Source: Candidatus Entotheonellaceae bacterium (GTDB lineage Bacteria > Tectomicrobia > Entotheonellia > Entotheonellales > Entotheonellaceae). From it: a stretch of 64,000 nucleotides of DNA. Position 1 is the first letter of the stretch. Each line of letters begins with the position of its first letter. The stretch covers positions 2,656,001 to 2,720,000 of the forward strand of contig OZ250173.1 in assembly GCA_965238075.1 (NCBI GenBank), read 5' to 3'. Below are positions 45,686-55,985 of this stretch, piece after piece. The notes beneath the pieces were generated by a model. The model saw only the letters and a program-made list of their open reading frames with translations, was not told where the DNA came from and did not search any database. The position numbers and the translations under genes are program-made.

Positions 45686-46734
45686 CGGACCTCTAAGTGA
45701 AGGTCGCGGGCGCCCTCGAGCGTTTCGCCGGTGAATGTAGTTGCCTTGACGCTTCCCGATTCGTCCGAATAGAGCTTGTGTATGGACAGATCGCCCGGTT
45801 CGCCCTCAAAAGCCGCCATTGCGGCCTCAATACACTCGCTACTGTGCGTTGTCGCTATGAACTGCACATCCCAGTCGCGACTCCCTCTACACACGAGATC
45901 CCACAGGTCACGAAGCGCCGAATAGTGCATGCCACTCTCTATCTCATCGATGACCACTATGCCATCACGGGCGGTGAAAAGGCTCAGATATAGTCTGAAC
46001 AATCGAACCACCCCGCCTCCCAGGGAAAGAAGTGGCAGCTGTGTGTTCTTGGATGAATTTGAAATATTTGCGGATAAGTGGACTATCCCCGTCTTGTCAG
46101 TGAGGAGTTCGAGGTCTTTGATTTTGGGGAGAATCAAATTGACCGCTTCTATTAACGCTTTCTTGAACCCTGATCGAACAATATCGGAGTAGCGCTGCAA
46201 GTACTCATCCGGAGTTGCGAGTTGCCAATTTGTGCCTTCGATGATGCAAGGTCTCTTTTCTGGTGGGCGTGGGAGGGACCGGTACAGAACCGCTCCCAGT
46301 TTTGTCTGATGTATTGCCCCTCGGTCCTTACTATTTATCTTCTTGCCGTCGATCCATGTGTGTAGCTCGCCAACAACCGGGATTTGTATTGTCTCTTGAG
46401 TATCACCCGCGTTAACTAACACCTCGCCGACTGATCCAATGGCTTCAAATTCAACTTTCCATTTGTGCTCCTCCTGATTTTCTATTCCTCGGATTTCTAT
46501 GAAGCCATCCGACAATTCGGCGACAGGATCAACCACTGGGTTGAAGGATCGTTGGACATTGGCGTTCCACAACAACGGTGTGTTATGTCTTCCTGTGAAG
46601 AGCCAGATTGCTTCGATAAGCGCTGTCTTCCCAATACCGTTTACACCCGTAATCAGGTTTGCCCGGCTTAAACTGTTCAATGACAGGCCGTTAATACCAC
46701 GGTAGCGGATAGCTTCGAAGCTGCGGATATTCAT
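45682..46734 (-). CDS. ABC/AAA ATPase (AAA_15/AAA_21-like)
   Basis: Walker A GVNGIGKT, LGGG, Walker B IDEIESGMH, H-loop ATTHS. Visibly AT-richer than the flanks. Confidence 0.88.
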   Translation of the reverse strand: MNIRSFEAIRYRGINGLSLNSLSRANLITGVNGIGKTALIEAIWLFTGRHNTPLLWNANVQRSFNPVVDPVAELSDGFIEIRGIENQEEHKWKVEFEAIGSVGEVLVNAGDTQETIQIPVVGELHTWIDGKKINSKDRGAIHQTKLGAVLYRSLPRPPEKRPCIIEGTNWQLATPDEYLQRYSDIVRSGFKKALIEAVNLILPKIKDLELLTDKTGIVHLSANISNSSKNTQLPLLSLGGGVVRLFRLYLSLFTARDGIVVIDEIESGMHYSALRDLWDLVCRGSRDWDVQFIATTHSSECIEAAMAAFEGEPGDLSIHKLYSDESGSVKATTFTGETLEGARDLHLEVR

Positions 46735-46798
46735 CGGATCCCTCCGTTAGGAAAAATCATAATCTGTGTCGCTACAAAGACGATGAGCGTGCATGTCT

Positions 46799-48010
46799 CT
46801 AAATTCTCATCACGGATACCGCATCGCCGGGGGAGAGCCGTTCGACGGCTTCGGGGATGTCGATCAGGCAATTGGCGAGGCTCATCGAGCGCAGAATACC
46901 GGAACCTTGCGGCCCGGTTGTGGTGACGGTCGGGCGCGCGCCTTTCTGGCACAAGACGCCGCGCAGAAAGGTGCGGACGCCGCTGCGCTTCTCAAAGCCG
47001 TCCTGCAGCGCGGCTTCGATGCACGGCCGGAACAGATCGCGGTGCCCGGTCATTTTCAACAGCGCCGGGCGTACGAAGAGCTCGAAGGTGACCATCGAGG
47101 CAACGGGATTTCCGGGCAGCGAAAACACCGGCACCTGCCGCGCCAGGCCGAACGTCGCCGGGCTGCCCGGCCGCATTGCCACGGTGTGGAAGCGGACCTC
47201 GAAACCCAGCCCGTCCAGACATTCCCGCACGTAATCGAACTGTCCCACCGACACCCCGCCGGAGGTGACCAGCACGTCCGCCCGCAGGCCGCTGGCGAGC
47301 CGTTCGCGGATCACGTCGCGCCGGTCCGGGGCCACGCCCAACAGAACCGGCACACCGCCGGCCTCCGCCACCTGTCCCGCCAGGGTGTAGGAATTGCTGT
47401 TGAGGATCTTGTCGCTGTTGTTGGGGTCACCGGGGTCGGCAATTTCGTCGCCGGTGGCGAGGATGGCGACGCGCGGGCGCTGATACACCCACACTTGCGC
47501 CTGTCCCACCGACGCCAGAACGCCCAGTTCCGCCGGGCGCAGCGGGGTGTGCTGGGGTAGCACGCACTCGCCCGCGTGGATGTCCTCGCCCTGCCGCCGC
47601 AAGTTGCTGGTCATGGGCGGTGCTTCGTAGACGGCAACCCTTGCGTCGTCCGCGTTGGTGTGCTCGATCTGCACCACGGTGTCGGCACCAACCGGAAGCG
47701 GGGCGCCGGTCATGATCTTGACCGCGGTGCCCGGCGTTATCGGGTGCTGGGGCGCCTTGCCGGCCGGCAGGATTTCGAGGACGTCAAGGATGGCTGGCTT
47801 CTGGCTGGAGGAACCGGCCACGTCGGCGTGCCGCACGGCATAGCCGTCCATGGCGGAATTGTCACCGAGGGGGATGTCGCGCGAGGCGTTGACGTGCCGG
47901 GCGCTGACGCGATGCAGGGCGTCGAGGAGGGAAATCTTTTCCGCTCCCAAGGGGGCCACCGCGTTCAGAACGATGTCTTGTGCCTCGGCGACCTGTACGG
48001 CCTGTTTCAT
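46799..48010 (-). CDS. moeA: Molybdopterin molybdo/tungsto-transferase MoeA
   Basis: NSAMDGYA, IMTGAP, TGDE, SGGVSVG, LPGNPV. Confidence 0.95.
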   Translation of the reverse strand: MKQAVQVAEAQDIVLNAVAPLGAEKISLLDALHRVSARHVNASRDIPLGDNSAMDGYAVRHADVAGSSSQKPAILDVLEILPAGKAPQHPITPGTAVKIMTGAPLPVGADTVVQIEHTNADDARVAVYEAPPMTSNLRRQGEDIHAGECVLPQHTPLRPAELGVLASVGQAQVWVYQRPRVAILATGDEIADPGDPNNSDKILNSNSYTLAGQVAEAGGVPVLLGVAPDRRDVIRERLASGLRADVLVTSGGVSVGQFDYVRECLDGLGFEVRFHTVAMRPGSPATFGLARQVPVFSLPGNPVASMVTFELFVRPALLKMTGHRDLFRPCIEAALQDGFEKRSGVRTFLRGVLCQKGARPTVTTTGPQGSGILRSMSLANCLIDIPEAVERLSPGDAVSVMRI

Positions 48011-48019
48011 GCCGCTTCC

Positions 48020-49033
48020 CTATCGCGCCGCCAACAGATCGGCGAACTGTCCAATCGTGGTTGCAAAGTAGTGCGACCGGTTCCATTTCAGCAGCACCCG
48101 GTAGTTGGGATAAGTCAGAAAGGCGGGTCCACCGGGGCCGCCGGGCAGGATGAGGGAGGCTGTCAACTGCCGAGTGGGCAGATCGTCCCCGTTGCTGCGG
48201 CGTACGCCCAGGGCCTGCCACTCGGGGAGCGATTTAGTCACCTCGAGGCCTTTCAAATCGAGATCGAAACCCTCCGGCAGTCGGACCCGCCGCCCCCAGG
48301 TTTGATCATGCTTCCAGCCAGCCTTGGCGAGGTAGTTGGCGGCGGAGGCGAATACGTCGGGCAGCGTGCCCCAGATGTCGCGGCGTCCGTCGCCGTCATG
48401 ATCGACCGCGAATTGCTGGAAGCTCGACGGCATGAACTGGCTTTGTCCCATGGCCCCGGCCCACGAGCCCAGCATTTTGTCGGGCTGAATGTGGCCGTCA
48501 TCGACGATGCGCAGCGCCTCGAGCAACTGCGTGCGAAAGAACTTGCTCCGGCGACCGTCGAACGCCAGCGTCGCCAGAGAGTCGAGGACCGCGAAGCCAC
48601 CCGTCACGCGCCCGAAATCGCTCTCAATGCCCCACAGCGCGACGATAAAGCGTGGCTGAACCCCGTACGCGTCGCCGATTTCGGTCAGCAAGGCCCGATG
48701 CTTCCGCAGCAATCGCTTGCCGCGGTTCACGCGTGCTGGCGGCAGCACCCGCGACAGGTACTCGGCGTATGTCAGGGTCCCCTCGGGCTGTCTGCGATCG
48801 AGCTCGACGACACGGGCCCGAAATGTCAGGCCGGGCAGGACGGCGTCCAGGGTCTCAGAGCTGATCCCCTCGCTCAGGGCCGCTTGGCGGAAATCCGTGA
48901 GCCATGCCGCAAAATCTTCCTCTTGGGCATCGGCGGCGATGGCGTAACCCGTTGCCAGGAATAGCAAAGGCAGCACAATCGCCGTCAGCCGGCGACCGTT
49001 TTGGATTGCGTCCTGAAACAACGTGTTGCGCAT
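48020..49033 (-). CDS. Lytic murein transglycosylase (MltB/SLT_2 family)
   Basis: WGIESDFG, GSWAGAMGQSQFMPS, WNRSHYF. Confidence 0.92.
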   Translation of the reverse strand: MRNTLFQDAIQNGRRLTAIVLPLLFLATGYAIAADAQEEDFAAWLTDFRQAALSEGISSETLDAVLPGLTFRARVVELDRRQPEGTLTYAEYLSRVLPPARVNRGKRLLRKHRALLTEIGDAYGVQPRFIVALWGIESDFGRVTGGFAVLDSLATLAFDGRRSKFFRTQLLEALRIVDDGHIQPDKMLGSWAGAMGQSQFMPSSFQQFAVDHDGDGRRDIWGTLPDVFASAANYLAKAGWKHDQTWGRRVRLPEGFDLDLKGLEVTKSLPEWQALGVRRSNGDDLPTRQLTASLILPGGPGGPAFLTYPNYRVLLKWNRSHYFATTIGQFADLLAAR

Positions 49034-49222
49034 GGATGACTCCTGAATCGGCCCCATGAAGGGCATGTTTTATATGGTGTCAACAGCGACGCAAGGCTAC
49101 TGACAGCACCTGGGTTTGTCAATCGGCGCCGCACCCGTCGGGCGCATTGACTTCCAGGTATAGGTGGAAATAATATCGCGCGTAGCCACACGTTATCCAT
49201 CACAACAGCTTAAGGAGCGTGC

Positions 49223-49693
49223 ATGAAGGTCCTGCGTATTACTCCGCAGCGTTGCACCGGCTGCATGCGGTGCGAAATTGCCTGTTCGTACGAGCAGAGC
49301 GGCGTGTTTCAGCCCGCCAAGTCGGTGATCCGCATTTCCCCGTTCGAGGCGCATACGAGTTATGCCCCCTACACCTGCACCCAGTGCGATGAAGCCTGGT
49401 GCATGGTGGCCTGCCCGGTGAACGCGATTACCATCTCTCCCGTCGGCGCCAAAGTCATCCTGAACGACCTGTGCGTGGGCTGTAAGTTGTGCACCATTGC
49501 CTGCCCGTACGGCACGATGTTTTACGATCCCGACACTGCCAAGGCGACCAAGTGCAATCTCTGCGGCGGTGCGCCGGCGTGTGCCTCGGCCTGCCCGACG
49601 CAAGCTATCGAATACGTTGATGCGGAGAGCGCGGACTGGCTGGGAAGCTTCGCGGCGGAACGCGCTGAAACGCAGTTGGCGCAGCAGGCATAG
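49223..49693 (+). CDS. 4Fe-4S polyferredoxin subunit (AorA-like)
   Basis: Four Cys-cluster motifs: CTGCMRCEIAC, CTQC, CVGCKLCTIACP, KCNLC..C..CP. Confidence 0.9.
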   Translation: MKVLRITPQRCTGCMRCEIACSYEQSGVFQPAKSVIRISPFEAHTSYAPYTCTQCDEAWCMVACPVNAITISPVGAKVILNDLCVGCKLCTIACPYGTMFYDPDTAKATKCNLCGGAPACASACPTQAIEYVDAESADWLGSFAAERAETQLAQQA

Positions 49694-49702
49694 GGGGGAG
49701 CC

Positions 49703-51028
49703 ATGGCACGCACGCGGCACGTCATCGTCGGCGGCGGCACCGCCGGCATGAACGCCATTACCACGATTCGCCAGTACGACCGCGGCGCTTCCGAAATTAT
49801 TCTGGTGGCCGATGAGCGCCCCTACTCGCGTATGGTGCTGCCGTACTACCTGAAAGGCAGTATCAGCGAGTCGCACGTCTTCACGGCCCCGCCGACGCGC
49901 CTGCGTACCCTGGGCGTGGAGCCGTTCATCGGCAGACGCGCTGTTGGGGTCGATACGCAAACCAGCACCCTGACGCTGGACGACGGCACCGAGCTCCCAT
50001 ACGACAATCTGCTCATCGCCACCGGCTCGTCGGCCGTGCGGGCGCCCGTTGCCGGCGCCGACGGCTCGTGCGTCCACAGCTTTTGGACCCTGGAGCAGGC
50101 GCAGGGCGTTATCCGGGGCATCACGCCGGGTTGCTCGGTGGTGTTGGTCGGGGCCGGTTTCATCGCCTTCACCATCCTGAATTCCATCCTTGCATTGGAG
50201 GCCCAGCTTACGGTCGTGGAGATCGCGCCGCAGATTCTGCCGCGCATGATCGATGCGACGGGCGCCGACGTGGTGACGCGGTGGCTGCAGGACCGCGGTG
50301 TTACGGTTCGCACCGGAGCGCAACTCAACGCCATCGAAGACGCCGACGGTCGCAAGCGGCTGCGTTTTCAGCAGGGCGAGGACGTGATGGCGGACCAGGT
50401 GATCATGGCGACGGGTATCCGCACCAATCTCGACTGGCTGCAAGACGCGGGCCTTACCATCAACCGGGGCATCGTGGTCGATGCGCGCATGCGCTCCAAT
50501 GTGCCCAACGTGTATGCCGCCGGCGACATTGCCGAGGGCCGCGACGCCGTCACCGGGGAACCGGCGCTGCACGCCATCGAGCCGACCGCGATGGAACACG
50601 GACGCATCGCCGGGGCCAATATGGCGGGGCAGTCGCAGACGTATCGCGGCAGCCTGCTGATGAACATCGTGGAGGTGCTCGGGCTCGAAATCGCCAGCTT
50701 CGGAGCCTGGGACGACCCCGACGCTGAGGTCATGAACGCCCTGAGGCCGGAACGCCCGGCGTACCGCAAGCTGCTGTGGCACGACGACCGTATCACCGGG
50801 GCGATGATTCTCGGACCGGCGCGGGACATTTGGGCGACGAACGACGTGGGCATTCTGAAGGGACTGGTGCAGTCCGGGGTTTCGCTGCGCGACTGGAAGT
50901 CGTACCTGCGGGGCAATCTGTTCGACGTCAAGCGGGCTTTCATTGCCGCCGGCACGACCGGCCGGCTGCTGCCGCAAACGGTTCTGGGCCGTCCGTCGGT
51001 GTCGGCGGACTCGATAGCGATACAGTAG
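49703..51028 (+). CDS. FAD/NAD-dependent oxidoreductase (AorC-like)
   Basis: GGGTAG, ATGS, GAGFIA, YAAGD. Confidence 0.88.
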   Translation: MARTRHVIVGGGTAGMNAITTIRQYDRGASEIILVADERPYSRMVLPYYLKGSISESHVFTAPPTRLRTLGVEPFIGRRAVGVDTQTSTLTLDDGTELPYDNLLIATGSSAVRAPVAGADGSCVHSFWTLEQAQGVIRGITPGCSVVLVGAGFIAFTILNSILALEAQLTVVEIAPQILPRMIDATGADVVTRWLQDRGVTVRTGAQLNAIEDADGRKRLRFQQGEDVMADQVIMATGIRTNLDWLQDAGLTINRGIVVDARMRSNVPNVYAAGDIAEGRDAVTGEPALHAIEPTAMEHGRIAGANMAGQSQTYRGSLLMNIVEVLGLEIASFGAWDDPDAEVMNALRPERPAYRKLLWHDDRITGAMILGPARDIWATNDVGILKGLVQSGVSLRDWKSYLRGNLFDVKRAFIAAGTTGRLLPQTVLGRPSVSADSIAIQ

Positions 51029-51071
51029 CAGGATTCGGACTGCAAACACTGTGCATTGAAGGACAAACGAT

Positions 51072-52973
51072 ATGCAAGCGGAACTCCCAGCCGGTTATGC
51101 CGGAAAGATATTGCGGGTTGATTTGAGTCAGAATCGCACCTGGACCGAACCCTGGACGGCCGAGATGTGCCGCACCTGCATCGGTGGGGTGGGGCTGGGC
51201 ATCAAAATTCTGTGGGACGAGGTGCCGGCGGAGGTCGGCTGGGACCACGAAGACAATCGCCTGGTGCTGGCCACGGGTCCGCTGGCCGGGCTGCCGGCTT
51301 GGGGCACCGGTGGGCTCACCGTCGTGACGCGCGGCGCTCTGACCAACGGCGCCACCAATACCCAGGCCAACGGCTTTTTCGGCGCCAATCTGAAGTATTC
51401 CGGCTACGACGCCATCGTCCTGCAGGGGCGGGCGCCGGAGTGGGTCTATCTCTATATCCGTGACGACACCGTTGAACTGCGCGACGCCTCGACCCTGCTG
51501 GGCAAGGACACCTGGGAAACGCAAGAGGCCCTGGAGGAAATGCTCGATCTGACGGGCCACCAGCTCAGCGTGTACACCAGTGGTGTGGCGGGCGAGAACC
51601 AGGTGCGTTTTGCAGCCGTCCACGGCGATTACGGCCACGTGGCCAGCAAGAACGGCTGCGGCGCCGTGATGGGCAACAAACGGCTGAAGGCGGTAGCCAT
51701 CGTGCGCGGCAGCAAGGCGCTGCGCGCCGCCGACCCGCGCGGCTTGTGGATGGCCGCGCAGGAGATCGCCGAGGACCTGCAATACGACCCGTCAACCCGG
51801 TCGCTGTATGAATATGGCACGCTGCCTGGGGTGTCCGGCCTGTCGCGGCTCGGCGCGCTGCCGATCAAGAATTACACCACGAACGTCGTTCCCGAAGGTG
51901 TGGACATGAGCCAGTGGACGGCGCAGGGGCTGCGCGAGGGTTTCGATCACCGCGGCCACCAGTGTAATTCGTGCGGCATGCACCATTGCCACGCTCAGGT
52001 ATTGCCTTCAGGACCGCACCAGGGCGCCATCGTCGACGAGCCGGAATACGAGGGCTGGTCCGGGGCCGGCTGGGCTTTCGGGTGCACCGATCCGGTCGCC
52101 ACCTCGTGGCTCAACACGCAGGTGGACCGTGCGTGCGTGGACGTGAACGAGTTTGGCTGGCTCGTCGGCTGGGTGATCGAGTGCCAGGAGAAGGGCTACA
52201 TCACCAAGGAACAGCTTGGTGGCCTCACCATCACCTGGGGCGACGCCGAGGCGGCCAACGTGCTGCTGCAAATGACGATTCGCCGCGAGGGGTTTGGCAA
52301 CGTGCTGGCCGAGGGCGTCAAACGGGCGTCTGAAACGGTTGGTGGGCCCGCCGCCGAGTGCGCCATTTATGCGATGACGGGCAATACCCCGCGCGGCCAC
52401 GATCACCGGGCGCGCTGGGAAGAAATGCTCGATACCTGTACGGGCAGCGGCGGCACCCTGGACAGCGGTCCGCCGGTGATGCCAACCGAGATGGGACAGC
52501 CGGCACGCATCAATCCGTTCGATCCGGACGCCGTGGCGCGTATGGTCGGCGGCACGCGCGGCCGGCGGCAGTTCGAGGATTCCTTGGGGACGTGCATTTT
52601 TACGACCCGCACCCTGTTGTCCATATTGTGCCGAACCCTGAGTGCCGCCACCGGCTGGGATTTCACCAAGGACGAGGCGCTGCTCTTTGGCCGACGCACC
52701 GCCGCGCTGATGCGGGCGTTCAACATCCGCTGCGGCATCACGCCCGATCTCGAAAGGCCGTCCAAACGATACGGCTCCGTGCCCGTCGACGGTCCGGCCC
52801 AAGGCCAGGACATCGGCGCGCATTGGGAGCACCTGCTCGACGTCTGGTACGACATGGTCGGCTATGACCGCCAGACCGGTAAACCGCTTCCGGCCACGCT
52901 GGAAGACCTGGGTCTGTCGCATATCGTTGCCGACCTCTGGGATGCCCAGGAGGCCACCCATGCCGGCACCTGA
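51072..52973 (+). CDS. aor: Aldehyde ferredoxin oxidoreductase family (tungstoenzyme) catalytic subunit
   Basis: GYAGKILRVDL, GAVMGNKRLKA, CNSCGMHC, EPEYE, DSLGTC. Confidence 0.9.
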   Translation: MQAELPAGYAGKILRVDLSQNRTWTEPWTAEMCRTCIGGVGLGIKILWDEVPAEVGWDHEDNRLVLATGPLAGLPAWGTGGLTVVTRGALTNGATNTQANGFFGANLKYSGYDAIVLQGRAPEWVYLYIRDDTVELRDASTLLGKDTWETQEALEEMLDLTGHQLSVYTSGVAGENQVRFAAVHGDYGHVASKNGCGAVMGNKRLKAVAIVRGSKALRAADPRGLWMAAQEIAEDLQYDPSTRSLYEYGTLPGVSGLSRLGALPIKNYTTNVVPEGVDMSQWTAQGLREGFDHRGHQCNSCGMHHCHAQVLPSGPHQGAIVDEPEYEGWSGAGWAFGCTDPVATSWLNTQVDRACVDVNEFGWLVGWVIECQEKGYITKEQLGGLTITWGDAEAANVLLQMTIRREGFGNVLAEGVKRASETVGGPAAECAIYAMTGNTPRGHDHRARWEEMLDTCTGSGGTLDSGPPVMPTEMGQPARINPFDPDAVARMVGGTRGRRQFEDSLGTCIFTTRTLLSILCRTLSAATGWDFTKDEALLFGRRTAALMRAFNIRCGITPDLERPSKRYGSVPVDGPAQGQDIGAHWEHLLDVWYDMVGYDRQTGKPLPATLEDLGLSHIVADLWDAQEATHAGT

Positions 52974-53304
52974 TACCCCCCAAAATACGGCTGCTATCGA
53001 CGCCGGCGAGTTGGAGATCGAGGTCGTCGCCTGGATCACCAAATTCGTCGACGGCGACGGCAGCACCCGCAAGGTCTTCCACCTGCCCCTGCGAGCGGAC
53101 GACACGGTTCGCAAGGTCCTGCGCCGCCTCAGCGGCCGTTTTCCCCAACTCCACAAAGCCCTGTGGGACCCCGCCACCGGCGGCCTCGCCGAACACATCG
53201 AAGTGCTCATCAACGACGCCGTCCTCGACCTCACCCACAATCTTGACAGTCCCATCTGCCGGAGCGACAGGATCGCCCTCATCGGCCAGTATCTTGGGGG
53301 ATAA
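52960..53304 (+). CDS. MoaD/ThiS-like sulfur carrier
   Basis: Ubiquitin-like size, VLIND, C-terminal GG; overlaps the aor stop. Confidence 0.82.
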   Translation: MPAPDTPQNTAAIDAGELEIEVVAWITKFVDGDGSTRKVFHLPLRADDTVRKVLRRLSGRFPQLHKALWDPATGGLAEHIEVLINDAVLDLTHNLDSPICRSDRIALIGQYLGG

Positions 53305-53332
53305 AACCGTTTAGCCACAGGAGTCGCCGTTC

Positions 53333-54913
53333 ATGGCAGACCTGATTAGCCCTGCAACCCTGCTCGACCTTTTGGCAAGTGACACGCCTTGCGCCTGCAT
53401 TGATGTCCGACAGCCTGGCGAGTACAACAGCTCGCACATCTCTGGGGTGAGTCTGCTACCGCGCCGGCAACTCGAATTTGACATGCCGTTGGCGGTGCCT
53501 TTCCCGGGGACCCGAGTGGTGGTGTGTGACGACGATGGGCGCCGTGCGGCGCTGGCTGCCGCGACACTGGAAGGCATGGGATACAGCAACGTAGCTGTCC
53601 TGCAAGGGGGCATCAACCGCTGGGTGAGCGAGAGCCACCCCACCGAGTGGGGCACCAACGTGCCCAGCAAGGATTTCGGGGAAAAGGTGGAAGTGGTGCA
53701 TCACGTGCCGGAGATCGAGGCGACCGACCTGCAGGCTCGTATGGCGCGAGGGGACAAGCTGGAGATTCTCGACACTCGAACGCCTGAGGAGTTCCAGCGT
53801 TTTTGTATTCCTGGGGGGCGCAGCGTTCCTGGGGGAGAATTGCCCCTGCGCATCAATGACATCATCGAACAGCTGGAGGCGGATACCACGGTCATTGTGA
53901 ACTGTGCCGGACGCACCCGCAGCATTATTGGGACACGCCTGCTGCAACGGATGGGTCTGTCGAACGTATATGGCCTGAAAAACGGCACGGCCGGATGGCT
54001 TTTGGCTGGTTATCAACTGGAAACCGGCGCCAACCGGCTGGAGCTGCCCGCGCCGTCACCCGAAGGGCTTGCCGCTGCGGAAACGTACGCGGCCAGATTG
54101 GCCGAAGAAGACGGCGTCCGTTTCCTGGATATCCCGGCCCTGCAGGCCATGATGGCCAGGCGGGAGGAGGGAATCCATTATTTTGTCGACGTGCGGACCG
54201 CGGCGGAGTACGCCGGTGGCCACATACCCGGGTTCCGATGGTTTCCTGGCGGCCAGGCCGTCCAGCGCTGCGACGATGTGGCGGTGGTGAAACCTTGCCC
54301 GATCATCTTTGCCTGTGACGGCAAAGCCCGTGCCACCTGTACCGCCTCCTGGTATCGGCAGATGGGTTTCGCAGAAGTCTACGTTGTGGACGGTGGAACC
54401 ACAGCCTGGAGCGACAGTGGCTTGGCGCTGGAGCAAGGTGGGGAAGATGCGGCGCCGGTCGGCTTCGCCGCGGCACAAGCCAAGGTGCGCCTCGTGACCC
54501 CCCAGGCTCTGCACGCCGACTTGCCGCCGGTGGTCATTTTCGTTGACACCAGCCAGGACTTTGCCGGCGCTCATATACCCGGCGCCAACTGGGTGCCGCG
54601 CGGCTGGTTGGAGTTTCATATCGGCTCCCTGGCGCCCTCATACGAGACCTCCATTGCCATAACCTGCAACGATGGGCGCCAAGCCACGCTTGCCGGCGCC
54701 ACGCTAACGGACCTGGGCTACCAGACCGTTACCGTGTTGGAGGGCGGCATGGCCGCCTGGCAGCACGCCGCCTTGCCGGTTGAGCGGGGCCTCTCCGGTG
54801 TCATGAGTCCGCCCACAGACGTGGTGCTGTCCGGCCCGGAACGGAACTTCGCAGATATGATGCACTACCTGCGCTGGGAAGAAGAATTGGGGACGAAGTA
54901 TAGTTCTCCTTGA
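53333..54913 (+). CDS. Four-domain rhodanese-like sulfurtransferase
   Basis: Four DVR/DTR..HIPG modules; NCAGRTRS active loop in domain 2. Confidence 0.88.
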   Translation: MADLISPATLLDLLASDTPCACIDVRQPGEYNSSHISGVSLLPRRQLEFDMPLAVPFPGTRVVVCDDDGRRAALAAATLEGMGYSNVAVLQGGINRWVSESHPTEWGTNVPSKDFGEKVEVVHHVPEIEATDLQARMARGDKLEILDTRTPEEFQRFCIPGGRSVPGGELPLRINDIIEQLEADTTVIVNCAGRTRSIIGTRLLQRMGLSNVYGLKNGTAGWLLAGYQLETGANRLELPAPSPEGLAAAETYAARLAEEDGVRFLDIPALQAMMARREEGIHYFVDVRTAAEYAGGHIPGFRWFPGGQAVQRCDDVAVVKPCPIIFACDGKARATCTASWYRQMGFAEVYVVDGGTTAWSDSGLALEQGGEDAAPVGFAAAQAKVRLVTPQALHADLPPVVIFVDTSQDFAGAHIPGANWVPRGWLEFHIGSLAPSYETSIAITCNDGRQATLAGATLTDLGYQTVTVLEGGMAAWQHAALPVERGLSGVMSPPTDVVLSGPERNFADMMHYLRWEEELGTKYSSP

Positions 54914-55026
54914 AAACCCTCTCGAAAACGCCTTTCACCACGTCCCCCAAATATCTGAGGCCGCTACGCGCGGGTCGCCTTACCGGTACTGCCGGCCGCC
55001 TGGACCCTACACCCGTCTAACATGAG

Positions 55027-55767
55027 CTATACCCTGAGGTGCCTGTCGTAGAACAGCATGACGCGGTGCCACATGTCCTGGGCAGGGGCGGCGCGGTAGC
55101 TGGGGCGGTAGTCGGCGAAGAAGGCGTGGCCGGCATCGCGGTACATGTGAAACGTATAGGTTTTGCCGTGCTTGTCGAGTTCTTCCTGCAGACGGGCGGC
55201 GTGCTCGGGTGACGGGTTGGGGTCCTCTTCGCCGAACAGCGCGAGGAGGGGGCAGGAGAGGGTGGGCACCATGTCGATGGGGGAGACGGGGCGCTGCGGG
55301 GTGTGTTCGTCCTGAATGATAAAGCCGCCGGCGGAATCGATCGCGGCATCCAGGTTGGTGCTCTTGCAGCCCAGCATCAGGGTGTAGCGGCCGCCGGAGC
55401 AAAAGCCGATGGCGCCGACTTTGCCGTTGCTGTCGGACTGGCCCTTGAGAAACGCAATGGCGCCCTCCAGATCGGCCACGGCCTGGGTGTCCGGCACCGA
55501 GAACATGGTCTTGAAGATTTCTTCCATAACGGTGGGATCGGGCGAGCCTTCGCGGGTGTACATGTCCGGGGCGACGGCCAGGTAGCCCTGTTCGGCGAAA
55601 CGGCGGGCTACGTCCTTGATGTGGTCAATAAGGCCGAAGGCTTCCATGATGACGACGACGCCGGGGTAGCGCCCGGAGTCGGCCGGGCGGCTGAAATAGG
55701 CGTCGATCTGGGTGCCGTCCTGGCTGGGAAATCGAAGCATTTCGGACCTGATGCCTGCTGGGTACAC
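55027..55767 (-). CDS. Dienelactone hydrolase family protein
   Basis: GFCSGG nucleophile motif, D and AGHAF. Confidence 0.92.
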   Translation of the reverse strand: MYPAGIRSEMLRFPSQDGTQIDAYFSRPADSGRYPGVVVIMEAFGLIDHIKDVARRFAEQGYLAVAPDMYTREGSPDPTVMEEIFKTMFSVPDTQAVADLEGAIAFLKGQSDSNGKVGAIGFCSGGRYTLMLGCKSTNLDAAIDSAGGFIIQDEHTPQRPVSPIDMVPTLSCPLLALFGEEDPNPSPEHAARLQEELDKHGKTYTFHMYRDAGHAFFADYRPSYRAAPAQDMWHRVMLFYDRHLRV

Positions 55768-55985
55768 GGCTGCGCTCCTTAGCGGTTGAAATGGCCAATA
55801 AGTGACGATATTTCAAGGCGGCAGGCTAGCATCGACGGGGTGCGAGGGTCAAGGGCGCCGGGGCGTCCGGTGGATTCACGTTGAAGCCCTTTGTGGAGAC
55901 CGGCAAGTGTGTTATTTTAGGGCCGTTTCTGGCACGAATGGACTGCGTTTAGAACGTGAAGTTCCCTAATTCTAAGGAGATTCTC

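Noticed and set aside
49193-51049. Long antisense ORFs (e.g. 49193-51049, 10261-11961, 27014-28528, 30228-31745)
   Set aside because: Shadow frames of well-supported genes in GC-rich DNA, with no recognisable motifs.
55930-55947. Sigma54 promoter-like TGGCACG (also GGCACG near 147 and 26785)
   Set aside because: GG-to-GC spacing is not the required 10 nt in any of these cases.
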